Shown here one piece after another: positions 12,048-24,319 of a DNA stretch of 64,000 nucleotides (positions within the stretch are counted from its first letter, which is position 1; each line of letters starts with the position of its first letter). Made by a program: the position numbers and the translations under genes. The notes beneath the pieces were generated by a model. The model was not told the DNA's origin and ran no database searches. It worked only from the letters and a program-made list of their open reading frames with translations. Source of the stretch: Takakia lepidozioides (Eukaryota; Plantae; Bryophyta); contig CM060733.1 of the NCBI GenBank assembly GCA_030704615.1, positions 55,304,001-55,368,000 on the forward strand, given 5' to 3'.

Positions 12048-15000
12048 CTATGGTGAGGATCCGCTATCACTGTCCGATGCATCCCCGCCCTCATGCAAGG
12101 ATGGCTGCCTTCCACCTGCCTCCGAACCTGCACTGCCGCTACCGCTGTTACTCTGAGAAGCCCTCCCCTCAAAAATACCATCCTCACCAGCCGGAACTGT
12201 CCACCTGGGTGCGGAAGTCTCCTCGACATTCCCCTCGCTCTCGGACGCGGATTCTATTACGAACTTCCCTACTCTGCCTTTCACAATTCTATGTTTGGCC
12301 TCACGCCTCATTATAATTCTCTGCTCATTCCCGTATGTCAATTGCTCTAACCGAGTAGGCCTATCCTCCCTCCTGATGGCTTCTTTGGCAGCCGTGTCTG
12401 CATACGCTGGTAGAAAAAAGGGCTTCTGGGGACTCGCGAGAAACGATTTTCTGGCAAAGAATGGCCGATGCGATTCTGTCTCCTCCTCTGCAACAGGGTC
12501 CGATTTGAGCAAGTCTCCCAGCTTCTCCTCGTCGGACGACTCTGCAAGGCTGAGTGTACGCACAAACATAGAATGAAGTACATTAGAGAATTCAAACAGG
12601 GAATCATCGGCAGGTTGCATGGTCCCTACAACCGAAACCAATACACTTACTATGGTGCAACTCACTCGAAGACAGGCATTGGGGGAAGCGGCTTCGGGCG
12701 CCCCTGCATCGAACGAATTTCCCGGACTTCCTCCTCTTCATCTTCCTCCTCTCCTTCCACGTCCTCTTCTGCGTTTTTGGGATCCTCAGTCGGAGGCAGA
12801 CGCTGAAGGCCCGCCAAATTGTAATCGTACAAGGCCGTATCCCCCTCAAATGAGAACACAAATCGGTTCGACATCCTTCCCGCCCACATACAGGCACCTG
12901 CGAATTCATACGACAACCACAGCCAAACTCAAGAATGAGTCGCTTCCTCGCACAAGCAAACATACAGAAACGGAAATGGTGTCAATTTCAGTGCCGCATT
13001 CAATTAACGTTCTCACCTGTATTTGCAGTGACGTCAAGGACCCTGCCTTCAACATCCGTACACGTTTCCATGAGCGTCTGGATGAATGCAGGACTCCTGG
13101 TCCTGCCATACCTCCATGGCTTGCCCGACAAATCACAAAGAATGTCCTTCTCTCCCACATGGTTGAACAGGACGTTATACTCCAGTGGATCAACTGTGGA
13201 ATCAACAAGTCTTCCTGCTTCACGTAATTTGAATTTCGAATGTTCCTTCACGAAGCAAAATGCCTGAAAGATAAGAGTCTGCAGAGAAGGAAATGAAAAC
13301 GTCAGAGGTGGCCTACATGTACAGGGGCAATTTTGGCCAAGAAATTGACATAGCAGAGGAGAACCACAGCATACCTTCTGGCCATCGTTGAGAAGACCCT
13401 GCGTGTTGATGCAAGTCCAGATCTTTTTCAGGATGGGTGCTGCACTTCTCCCCGTCCATACTTTGATATCATTCTCAGTGACTTCTCCATCGGCTGCTAG
13501 CACAACAACACAGCCAACGTCGTCCAACATGTTGGCTGCGAACCCGAATGTGTGGCTCCAGTATCGTTCGTCGTACTTGTTCCACCAGGGAACTGAGCCC
13601 AGCCCCAGTATCTCCTGCCCATCCGGGATATCCACAAGGATCATGTCGATGGAGGCTTTCACCGCCCTGCCCCCGACTGTGCTCTTTTTGCCGTGGCTCA
13701 TCGCCACAAAATACTCCATCATCTTTGTGTAGCCAGGAGTGTCCTCCATATCATTGCCAGTGGCCTTCCTCTTCCCCTTCCCCTGGTGGGCCTCGATCGC
13801 CTTCCTCAAACTCGTTATCTCCAGCCTTCTGGTCAGAGCAGTTAGGAAATTTTCATTAACACACTCCACAATTGTGGGTGTTTTGAGGACTTCCCTGCCC
13901 GCAATCTGCACCGCACGGTAGGGTCTGCCAGGTGCATCCTCGTATAGTGATCTCTTTGCAGCCGACCCCCCGGAGCGCTGGCCCTTGTGAATTTTCGGAC
14001 GAGGTGTGGCCCCCTGGGTGTTTTCCTGCTGGAAATCGTCGTCCGAATCCTCCTCATCTGGCTGACTGTTTTGCTGCTTCTTCTTCTTGGGTGTGGGGGT
14101 CTTCGTCTCTTGCCCCTGTTTGCGCGTTCTTTTCTTCCTGTCCTTGGGCTGCTCAGCTGCCTGCTTCTCCATCTGCTCCTTCGCCAACGCTGCCGCCTTG
14201 GCTGACTTTCTCAGTGCTTTCTGCTTGGCTGCCTCCTCTGCTTTCAGTCTTTCCGCGTCCTCTGGTTGGGGATCCGATTGCGCCTTCATAGCCCTGGCAT
14301 TCGCTTCCTTCTTCAAGTTAACCTCCGAGAGGTCAACGGTCCCACTTGGGAGATCCACATACCAGGGGCAGTTTACCAAATGCTCGGCATGCCACTCCTT
14401 CGCCATTACTTCTGTGTACATCGTTCCACGACCTCCAGGTGTCCTCCACGCCAGGAAGAATGGTGGAACCCTTTGAATGGCTCCGGACGGAATGAGTGCA
14501 AAGTTTATGTACCTGCAATCACGAGGCAGTTCAACAAAAATCATTCTACCGATGCATCATGCAAGTGGAAGTTGTCAATGCACAAGGTATTTCGGCACCG
14601 AAATACGGAGTGGACCGTGCCCCAATTACCCAGAACTCACATCTTGCAGAGGTATATTTCGGCGCCGCAATATCCATCGCTGCTTAACCAAATCATCTAA
14701 ACTGCAAATAGGGGGATGCATTGTCAGCAGATTACCTGAACAGGACACGCATTGCCGCTTTGTCGGCACCCTCCTGCTCTTCGATGTATACGCTGCGTCT
14801 TGCCTTTGCAATTTCTCTGAAAAAGAGGTTTGCGAAGCGCCCTCGCCACGACTGCACGTAGTTCTCCATTGTCTCAGGCTTCGTCCAGTCGATCTGTAAC
14901 TTGAAAGTGGTGGTGTTGCAGTCCAATTGCTCCTGGGCGTGGGTCAGTACCTGCATCATGGCAGGTTTCCAAAACATTCATGATTTTGAAATTGCGACGA

Positions 15001-16956
15001 TGTCCAACACAGAATAGGAGAAAATTATACCTGATGCCACCAAGTCATGACATTGAGCCAGTCGTTCATTTTGTCGTCTGTTGGCTCGATGGGAAAGTGG
15101 TACAGCAGCTTCGTGTTTGTATGGCCGTTCCAGATTCGCAGCCACCTCGTCTGCAGCCACCTCACATCGGTCAGACAAGAGCTCCAACATAAGAATCGCG
15201 AGAAGTCACAAAACAAGAATAAACACATGCTTACCTTCTCCGCCGGCTCAACACAGGACACTGCGATGTGATGAAGTTTCTCCATGGACATTTCCGGTTT
15301 CATGGGTCTGGAGTAATGCAGTCCTATCTCCGCCAGGAACTCGGCACCAAGACCAGGGTCAGCGATTGCAACTTGCTTAACAAGTTTGGACCTGTACTTG
15401 GTCCGGGATTGCTTCCCTGCCTGCACAATATGACTCTCTATCGACGCGTCCGCCTTGTTGGGGGCATCATTCTCAAAGAACTGCCTTTTGGCATAGGCCA
15501 AGTCATCCCTGATGTTCGTCTGCATTCCCATACCCAGCAGATACAGTCAGGCCACGGATCCTTGCAACAAATAACATTAAATTGATACTGAAATTTGAGA
15601 TGAACCTCACCGAATAGAGGATCTCCACCATGGCGTCCAGTGTTGGTCGGTACCAGGTGCGATCTGCTTTCGCTAGGGACTTCCTGTACAGCTCGGGATC
15701 GAGGGACTTTTGGAAGTCCGTCAGCGGAGCTGTCCCCACTTCTTGCACTCTGTAGAGCGTATGTGCCAGATGAGTTTCCACGAAGGCCCTCTCTGTTACC
15801 CTGCCATGGAGAAAAAAACAACATGAAAATATGATTTCGGCACAGCAATCCAATTTCCAATTCATAGAGTGCATGACAGTGGTGAACATTGCCTATTTCG
15901 GCGCCGCAATAGGCAGTACACAAGGATGTAATTGTATACTTACAGATTTATATCCGCCATGGCACCCTTCAACAGTCCTCTGTCCCTGACGTCCACCTTC
16001 ACGACAATGCAGTCCACCATGTAATGCCAACTGATATCTTGCGGATGCATTTCAGCAATGTACTCTGTCCAGGCAAGCATCCTGTGGTTCCCGTCCCAAA
16101 CGAAGAACATCTTCCCTTCCATGTGTGCGAATGTGGGATTAGTCTTCAAATAGGCTTCAAACTCGGCATTAACAGTGTGCCAGTGGGGGCCCCAATTCTG
16201 AAGCTCCTCTGCAGTGGGGCCCCTTGTGACACCCTGGTCATTCTCAATGGAAACGTAGAATGCTGCCGACCCCCGTCTGTACCCTTCTCTGAAGTTGTGC
16301 TTCAGTCGATCGATATCCCCTGGCAGTGCTTGCCTTACAACTGGAAGGCTTACCATGCGACACAAAGGAACTTTAAGGTTCTCGGGATACACCATGGAGC
16401 CCAAAACGCGGCCTATGTTGCTATGAGTCTCTGCCAGCAACCTGTTTGCTGCTATGTTCATGTCTCGTGCGCTCATGAGCATACCCGCCACCAGTTTCTT
16501 ACTTGTATCACCTCTGTCACTTCCCTCACCCCTCTCACCAGCCTGTGTACTGTCCTGGAGGTTTTGCTCCTCCGCAAGATCCAGCAGGTTCTGATCGTCG
16601 CCAAGTCGTACCACGTTATCGTCCTCTCCTTCTGTCAGTTGAATGGGCCGCCCTTCTGCAGATCCGACTCCCACATCTCCAGCGGCCTCCACCGCATCTG
16701 TGTTTTCTGAAATTGACTGCAAACCCAATACCTCCGCTTCCAGTCTCCCTAGGGGTTTTACTGGCGAAGCCATGGGCTCCTTCTGCTTTCTCGGCTTCCG
16801 AACTCTAGGTGGGCTTTTCGGAGGCGATATCTGAGGTGTTGAATGAGGACTCGTCTGCCTCGATGCACTTCCACCTTGTGAGCGCAGCACCCGGGCAGGA
16901 GTATCCAAAGTTGACTGTGTTGCCTCGCCCCCCTGCGATCCCTCCCCAGCTCCCAT
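12048..16956 (-). CDS. Spliced gene, ~1318 aa: ParB/Sulfiredoxin-like domain, helical middle region, beta-class N6-adenine/N4-cytosine DNA methyltransferase-like domain
   Basis: Hand-built exons 16956-15944, 15800-15611, 15519-15235, 15150-15031, 14950-14736, 14512-13375, 13278-13017, 12897-12666, 12549-12048. All introns are GT-AG and phase-compatible (3957 nt in total). ParB motif 'FFVWDGNHRMLAW'; MTase motif IV-like 'IDMILVDIPDG'; spliced motif X/I region 'RSPAFIQTLMETCTDVEGRVLDVTANTGACMWAGRMSNRFVFSFEGD'. Confidence 0.78.
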
Positions 16957-17459
16957 GTCAAACAAACAGGAAAACATGAGACACTGCACGCCAAAACAAA
17001 GGTGTCAAAGGAATATTGCGTATGGAGTGCTTCACATCCGCGAAGCACGAATCTCTCACTGGTGGGCGATCCGAGTCTCCGGATAACGACGTCTGCATTT
17101 CATGCATGAGACGGAGCTTAAGTCGTGTCGTCGGCGGCTTCCCAAAATCCCGCGTCCTCCTCTTTGCCGGAGTTGCCTGACCTTCCACAAACTCTATGCT
17201 ACCACTATGCCGCATAAGGAGAGGAAACGCAGGAGAACGTCACTGCAGAAGGGCAAGGAGCGAGAGAGCGAAGCGGTGGAACATGCAACCACTATGCACG
17301 AGCAGATGCGTAAGCAGCCACGTCTCCCGAAGCGTTGCCACCGTCCACCACTTTCTGCCGTATGGGTGATGAAGAGATTGTGACCCCTGACACGTTCGCA
17401 CGGATGAAGTCGACTGGAACACGACGCGTGCCAGTTCCAGCCACCAGTGTATGACGGTT

Positions 17460-19420
17460 TATCCGAATTGCGGCACCGAAATACGTTCCGTTCACCGGAT
17501 GCGGTTCCCGGAGCAGCCGGCATTGAATGAAATATCCGCACATCATGAAACCCAACCGCCATGAAAATCGCCTGCATATGACATTCAACAGTCAGGTCGG
17601 TACGTTTCATCAGCGGACGGATGAATTTCGGCGCCGAAATTCATCCTATTCAAGTGCTTTCATACACAAACTTACAAATTTCGGCGCCGCAATTCATCGC
17701 TTTCCAAGTCCTCATTCGTCATGAGCAAACCTGTCGGTGGGATATCGGAGCCGGAATTAATTCCGGGACAACGGAAACGGCTGCACTTCGGCACATTTCA
17801 TCCATATTTCGGCGCCGAAATTCATTACGAATATGTCCGTCCACGCGTAGACGAGGTGAAATCATCCATATTTCGGCGCCGAAATTCATCGCTTCGCAAG
17901 TCCTCATTCGTCATGAGCAAACCTGTCGGTGGGATATCGGAGCCGGAATCAATTCCGGGACAACGGAAACGGCTGCACTTCGGCACATTCCATCCATATT
18001 TCGGCGCCGCAATTCATTACGAATATGAGCGTCCGCGCGTAGACGAGGTGAAATCATCCATATTTCGGCGCCGAAATTCATCCAGAGCGAAGATTAAATC
18101 TGCACGATGCTATGCTTTGCCGCCATCATTGCCCCTGACGGATGCTGTCCATGACTGTTGGACTTGCCATTTCTGGACATTTAACTATAATTTCGGCGCC
18201 GAAATTATACTTTATGTGCGGCAACGTCCCGTGCGAAAAAGACCACTTCATGGATACTGTCGGTTTCAAACGAAAAAAAAACGGCTAAAATGCAATTAAT
18301 TTTGACAGAAGTGGTTTAATATGCCGATTTCTCCATTAAATGCAGAATATTCCTGTTATATTCGTCGGAACGGGGTATTTCCAAAGATTTACGGAAAATT
18401 ATCATCCAAAACCAAAAAGTAAGTGCCGGGTTTGGACGAATTTCGGCGCCGAAATTCATCCGTCGCATAGAAAATGTAATATTAGAGTTACTCATTGCGG
18501 ACAGTAAGGATGAATTTCGGCGCCGAAATTGATCCATTTCAAAGAAAAATAAATATTGGAGGGAAGGCATTGGATGAATTTCGGCGCCGAAATCCGCCGC
18601 TAAAACCCTGAAAAGAATTTGGAGGGATGAAGTCGTCTGAATTTCGGCGCCGAAATTCATTGCTCGCGAAGGAAAAAAAAATTTCTGGAGGACTTCGTAT
18701 GAATTTCGCGCCGAAATTCATTGCTCGCGAAGGAAAATAAAAAATATCTCCTGGACTTGGAATGAATTTCGGCGCCGAAATTCAATGCTCGCGAAGGAAA
18801 AAAAAAAATCGAGAGGATTTTGGTTGATTTCGGCGCCGAAATTCATTGCTCTCGAAGAAAAAGGGAAATTAAAAGGGAGTACTTGGATGAGATTCGGCGC
18901 CAAAGTTCATCTGTCGCAAAGAAAAATAAAAACAGAAAGGACTTCCGATGAATTCTGGCACCGAAATCCATACGCAGGGCAGCAGAATTAGGGTCGGAAA
19001 AGGAGATGAAGAATGAATTTCGGCGCCGAAATACATCCATTCTGCCGAATCAGGATTACTGTCATTCGGAAGTCGGCACCGATATCCGGACACGTGGTCA
19101 ATCACGACTGTAATCAGGAACACATTTATCCGTATTTTGGCATCTAAATTCAACCCATATGTGCAGATACAATTTAATGAAGAAGAAGTTCATCCGAATT
19201 TCGGCACCGAAATCCATCCGTTGGGTGCTTGGTCAGTTTTATGAGGTAAACAAATTACGATTTCTGTTGCCAGAATTCATCCCTTGGCTTCCAAAGCTGT
19301 TACATGACAGAGATGTTCATCCAGATTTCGGTGCCGAAATTCATGGGAAGGCCTGATTTATTGTACCCCAAGTGGTTGTACATTACAATTCAGGCACCAA
19401 ATATCCGATGTGAACTTGCT
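17460..19420. repeat. Array of palindromic AATTTCGGCGCCGAAATT motifs between the divergent genes, including a 192-bp tandem duplication (~17680-18075)
   Basis: Roughly two dozen perfect or near-perfect copies, e.g. 17624, 18189, 18439, 18513, 18639, 18764, 19016. Confidence 0.9.
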
Positions 19421-19592
19421 GTTTTCGTCCGTTTTTTTAACGTACGTTACACACCTTCATCTTTACGTGCACTGATCACCCATCATGTTGGATACGGAAT
19501 CCTCCAGAAAATCATTTGTGTTATTAGGTAGGACACACTCTTCTCATTGCAGGACTTCGCTGCGGAGCGTACCGAGAGGTCCCGTCTTCAAA

Positions 19593-22500
19593 ATGGACTC
19601 CCGTGTTTGGGTCAACGTGTACTTCCATCCTGATTCTCTGAAAGCTAAAATACCCTGCGACCAAGGATTTGCGATTGTCACTGAGCAGTACTTGTGTGTG
19701 AAGTTCGGGCTCCGCCCTGGAACGGTGTTTTTGGAAGAGGAGACGAAGGATGCTTATGGAAATTTTCTGGAAAGTGCCGTCATTCTGCATGCAGATTTCG
19801 GAAAAGGCAAAGAGTGGCGGCTCCCAGCTTCTGAATCCATCCGGTACAGTGCCATTGGTGAAATCGTGCCTAAAGAGTTCCCACGCTGGAACTTGGTTGA
19901 TCCTCCTTCCACAAGAGGGTCTGGGGTGCAAGATGTGAAGGATGTGGGCACCTCTTCACAAGCAGAGAAGCCCAAACATGTGAAAAGGGAAATCCAGGAA
20001 AACAGGGAAACAGTCGTCCAGGACTTATCCAGTGACGATGAAGACTGTATGGTCCTTCCATCGTATGTTTCGAAGTCGTCCGTCACTAGGAGTGTTCAGC
20101 ATACACCGTCCGACTCAACTTCCGTCCGCTCAGTAATCGACATATTGCGGAGGATGAAGACAACGGGTTCCCGCTCCAGTGACCTTCTTAGGCTTGATTA
20201 CGACAAAACTCCAATCCATTCTGTGGAATTTTTGCCTGATGTTGTGGATGGGAATGCTATCTACGAGTTCCCTCCAGTGCCGGCAGGCGCAGGCCCAGAC
20301 GGCATGCTCGCAGGAATGAACAGGAAACATGACGGCCACCCTTGGTGTGTCACCAAAACTTCATCGTCCAACCTGGGTGATGGAGTTCGAGTGAGATATG
20401 TATTGTGTGCTGGGCATCTTAAATGTTTCTCGAGCACATGTTACCATTACACTAGCAAAGGCACCAGGAATGAGACTGACTGGATTGGCAATTCGTCGAC
20501 CCCATTTTGGCCTCAAGGTAGAGTTCCTGCAGGGACGTTCAAGTGTGCCCATTGCAACGCAGCCCCTACGTGCATGGCAGTGTGCAACGCCAAGCAGTAC
20601 TACGTCGGGACCGTCGGCCCAGCGTGCACCAGAGCATGCATTCACATCGGAAAGCATGAGCACCCCCTCGCCAGAGGCAATTGCAGAGTCGCTTTTCAAC
20701 AAGCCCAGGATATTATCAAGGAGGAGGTGAGGTTGAGGCCGGGTGCAAAACCAAAGCAGATACAGCTCGCATCGGCACATAGGATTGCAATTGGCAGAAT
20801 AATGTCGGAGGACGGAAGCACAAGAGAGAAGCTGGGCGAGGGGGACATGAAGGACCTGCTGGAAGCTGTCTCCCATGTGTGCAGCCCCAATGTCAGGAAC
20901 CACATTGTCAGCTGCAAGAAACGAATCGGAAGAGGATCAGACATGCACTCCATCTTGGAAGTGAAACGCACATGCGGCTACGACTTCATCCAAGGCAGCT
21001 TCTTTCCTGGTCAAGGCTCGGAGATGGACAGGTGCTTCATATTTAAGATGTCAACGTGCGGACCGGGGAGCGGCGTCGATTTGGTGAAGCGGATGACCAG
21101 TGGAGACCTCTCAAATTGTTGGGTCATGTTTGACCACATCCGGCGAATTACCAACCACGATTGGGTGACAATGGGGGCACATGTATACGACCCACATTGC
21201 AGAAAGTTGATGACCATTGCTATCTGCGAAATGAAGGGAGAAGACACAGATTCGGAGTTGCATATGTGGCGCGGCATTAATGAGCAAATGGCGAGAGCCA
21301 AGTTGCCCCCTCCCGATTTTAGGGGCTTCATGGCTGACAATGCCCAGGCAAACTGGGCTGCAGTTAGGAGGGTATATGGGGACGACCCAAAGACTCCAAT
21401 GGAAGGAAAGGAGAGATCTTGCGGGTTCCACTTCATGCAGAGTTTGACGCAAAACACGAAAAGGTTCGTGGCGTCACGCCACCGGCAGGATCATATCAGT
21501 ATGTGCCTAGCGTGGAAAAATGCGAATTCCATCGACGAGGCGGAGACCGAGTTTGCAACCATACGCGCCTGGTGGGTGTCTTCAGGGGCAGTGGATGTGA
21601 AAGATCAGCCAGAACTGCAAACGTGGCTTGCGTGGTGGCATTATAGATTCCGCCAGTTTGGAGACTACATGAGACAGGTAACACATTTCTGTACTTGACA
21701 ATTGTTCTGTTTTGTGCTTGGACATTCTCCACAATCAGTGACATATCTAATTTCCTTCAACAGGACATGAGCTTGGAGGATGACACGGATATGCCGACGA
21801 CGAACATGGCCGAATCGGTGCACTCTTCCTGGCGTGCTTCCTCTGCAGCACATCTCGTTGACATGTTGACAGCAACAACAGAAGATATTGTGAGGGCCAT
21901 CATGCAACAATCTCATTACTACCAGTTTCTGGGAGGAAAGCAATGGGGTATCGGACCAGACAGGCAGGAGATGCTGATGAGGGCGGCGCATCGTTCGACC
22001 GATCCCAAAAAATGGACTGCTGCATTGCGGGAAACTATAAGGTCAACGCCGTTACACAGTCGGGGGAACTGCCTGGAGGGCGATGTCCGCAGCCGGCCGG
22101 TGAAGAGAAGAATTGAGGACATGCCCGGAGGGGATGGGGATTCATGGAGATCAGATATGAACATCCGCACTCAACCTCGGGGCGCAACGATGTTGCGTCC
22201 CACGCCTCCACGAAGCAGGACTCGTACCCCCTCTCCTGCAGCATCCATGGAATCGCTGCCAGACTCGGGACAACATGCCGAGGATGGGCATTCTGCTCCT
22301 GTTTTCGTTACCCAATACAACATTCCAATCGTGGAGCGAGATGTGTCGGCCTCGCAGTGGAGAATTGCACGGACCCGTCCGACATTTCGTGGCAAATGTT
22401 GTGCTGTTCGTGTCGACACCAACCAGAGATGCAATGAGATGATTCGGAGGAGCCCGCAGGGCGGTGTGCCTGCCCCTTGCTTCACAGGGAGATTTGTGTG

Positions 22501-23191
22501 CGCAAAGTTTGTGGAGGCCACACTGAAGGAGTTTTGGTTCTGCAGGCACGACATCATGTCGTGTGTGTTCGGCAAGCCCAAGTATGGTGTACAAGGCATG
22601 CCTGAACCACCGGCAGTCTGGCCTGTGGCAAGTGGTACAGATCTTACCCTGGAGGAGGCAGACGCTCTAGGAAGTGCAGGGTTTCGACTGGTGGAGAGGA
22701 CAGACGTTCCACGAAATCCAATTCCCAATCGTCATCCTCCTCCCACGAGAAGCTCTTCGCCCCGCATACCGGTGGGTGACCCCGCAGCTTGGCCCACCCA
22801 TCGGTGGGGTAAACTGAAAAGACGGCGGCCACCAACAAAGGCGAACGACACCAGGATGGCCAACGCTCTTGCAATGCCCTGCATAGTGCAAGGTTGCAGG
22901 GATGTTCCTCACCCCGGGATGGGGCGCATATTTCAGTTGTCAACAGCCGGGTCTGCTGCGCGCAGTGTCGTGTATGCAATCACGGTTTCACAGTACCCAG
23001 CTTGTAACTGTGAGGACTTCCTTGTTATGGAATCGAGGAATGCAGCATACGTCCCCTGCAAACACCTTTATTACATTTTTATGAAGCGCATGAGTTGCAT
23101 ATCCGCAGTGGACGTCTTCATCCATGCTCCAACACTGAGTTTCAACGAGCTGCACAAGGCCCTACGGCAGGATACTGGTCGGACTGCTTGA
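19593..23191 (+). CDS. Mutator-like transposase, ~1170 aa, 2 exons (19593-21677, 21764-23191): GCM/WRKY-like Zn domain, DDE core, Cys-rich domain, SWIM finger
   Basis: 'HDGHPWCVTKT...CAGHLKC...C..C...CIHIGKHEHP' (GCM-like). D1 'VMFDH', D2 'FMADNA', 'CGFH' CxxH and E in 'TTNMAESVH'. SWIM 'CNCEDF...PCKHLYY'. GT-AG intron at 21678-21763 in phase 0. Confidence 0.88.
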
Positions 23192-23647
23192 CATTCCACA
23201 TTCGGGAAGGAGTTAGTGGCAATTATATTACATTCATCTTCTTGCACCCTATTTTTTTGTGAGGAATTATACACTTGGTGGTGCCGCATCGCCATGGCTA
23301 CATGTGAATTTCGTCCACCTTTATGAGAAGACTCCAATTTGCTACAAATACATTGTTACTGTTCTGCAAATGTGATGCCTTTACAAGATTGCTAGTTCTG
23401 TGTCCCAGTGGGAAGGGTCCTACTGCACATTCCAGCATTTGCATACTGCACCTTGTGCAAACAGCAATCCATACGACAAAGGACACGTCCCAGCATACTG
23501 GCAGTGAATTGCAAATAACATTAACAGAAGATTATCGAAGCCTGTATATTCCCCATATGGCACAGGGAAGCTGCTTGATTTCTGAATGAAAATGTATGTG
23601 CCATGAGTGTCAGCAAGTTGAAACATGTCTACTCTAGCATGCAAGAC

Positions 23648-24199
23648 CTATGGTCCCCTCGCCCAAGAAGAAGGAACTCGAACTGGCCTCTCAAGGACCT
23701 CCTGAGTGACCGGGTGCCTATATTTGAACAAAATGTCAGTGGTTTCTGTCGCCCGGTTGAAACTAACGAGGATGTCGTGTTTATCGATAGCGCCCCCTTG
23801 GTAGAAGGACATTTTCACAGTGGGCCCTGTGTTCCCCTCCTCCTCATCCTCATAACTGAAGAGAATGTCCCCACTTTCCGAGCCAGTCCGTCCACGCGTA
23901 AAGTTTTCACCTATGCACTCATCATACGTCCACTCGCAACAATTCCAGCGATACAGCAACGCTGTGCGTGATCTGTTCGGCTCCCACACATGCGGAAAGT
24001 CCAGGTCCATGATGCGTAGGAACCACCTGCTCCCCAGCCGGGGTCCAGGAGAGTCGTGCAATCCTGGAAGAAACTCCATTGCTCTCAGCTGGACAAGTCG
24101 AGGATCTTCCCTGTAAACATCCAGGAAGACAATGATGTCGTCTGCTTTCGGGAAAATGACTCCCGTCTGGCGTCGATAGATGTGATTCGGGCACGACAT
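23648..24199 (-). CDS. Orphan ~183-aa ORF inside element 1, convergent with the transposase
   Basis: Uninterrupted ORF from ATG (MSCPNHIYRRQ...) with globular-looking composition; no recognised motif. Confidence 0.45.
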   Translation of the reverse strand: MSCPNHIYRRQTGVIFPKADDIIVFLDVYREDPRLVQLRAMEFLPGLHDSPGPRLGSRWFLRIMDLDFPHVWEPNRSRTALLYRWNCCEWTYDECIGENFTRGRTGSESGDILFSYEDEEEGNTGPTVKMSFYQGGAIDKHDILVSFNRATETTDILFKYRHPVTQEVLERPVRVPSSWARGP

Positions 24200-24319
24200 G
24201 GCCTCACGACACAACACGAACTCAAAGCAGGGAGGACATGGGCACAACAGAGAAGAGTGAAGAGCAAAATGAGAGCAAGGCCTCCCTCACCGTAAGGCGG
24301 GTATTTGCTCTCCGACGCC

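Noticed and set aside
12048-16956. Bacterial or phage contamination explaining the ParB-MTase
   Set aside because: The gene has eight phase-consistent GT-AG introns, shared intron positions among copies, and lies within a TIR/TSD-bounded eukaryotic transposon.
17460-19420. CRISPR-like array (palindromic repeat with variable spacers)
   Set aside because: Repeats are 16-18 bp, degenerate and irregularly spaced; there are no cas genes and the context is eukaryotic and intron-containing.
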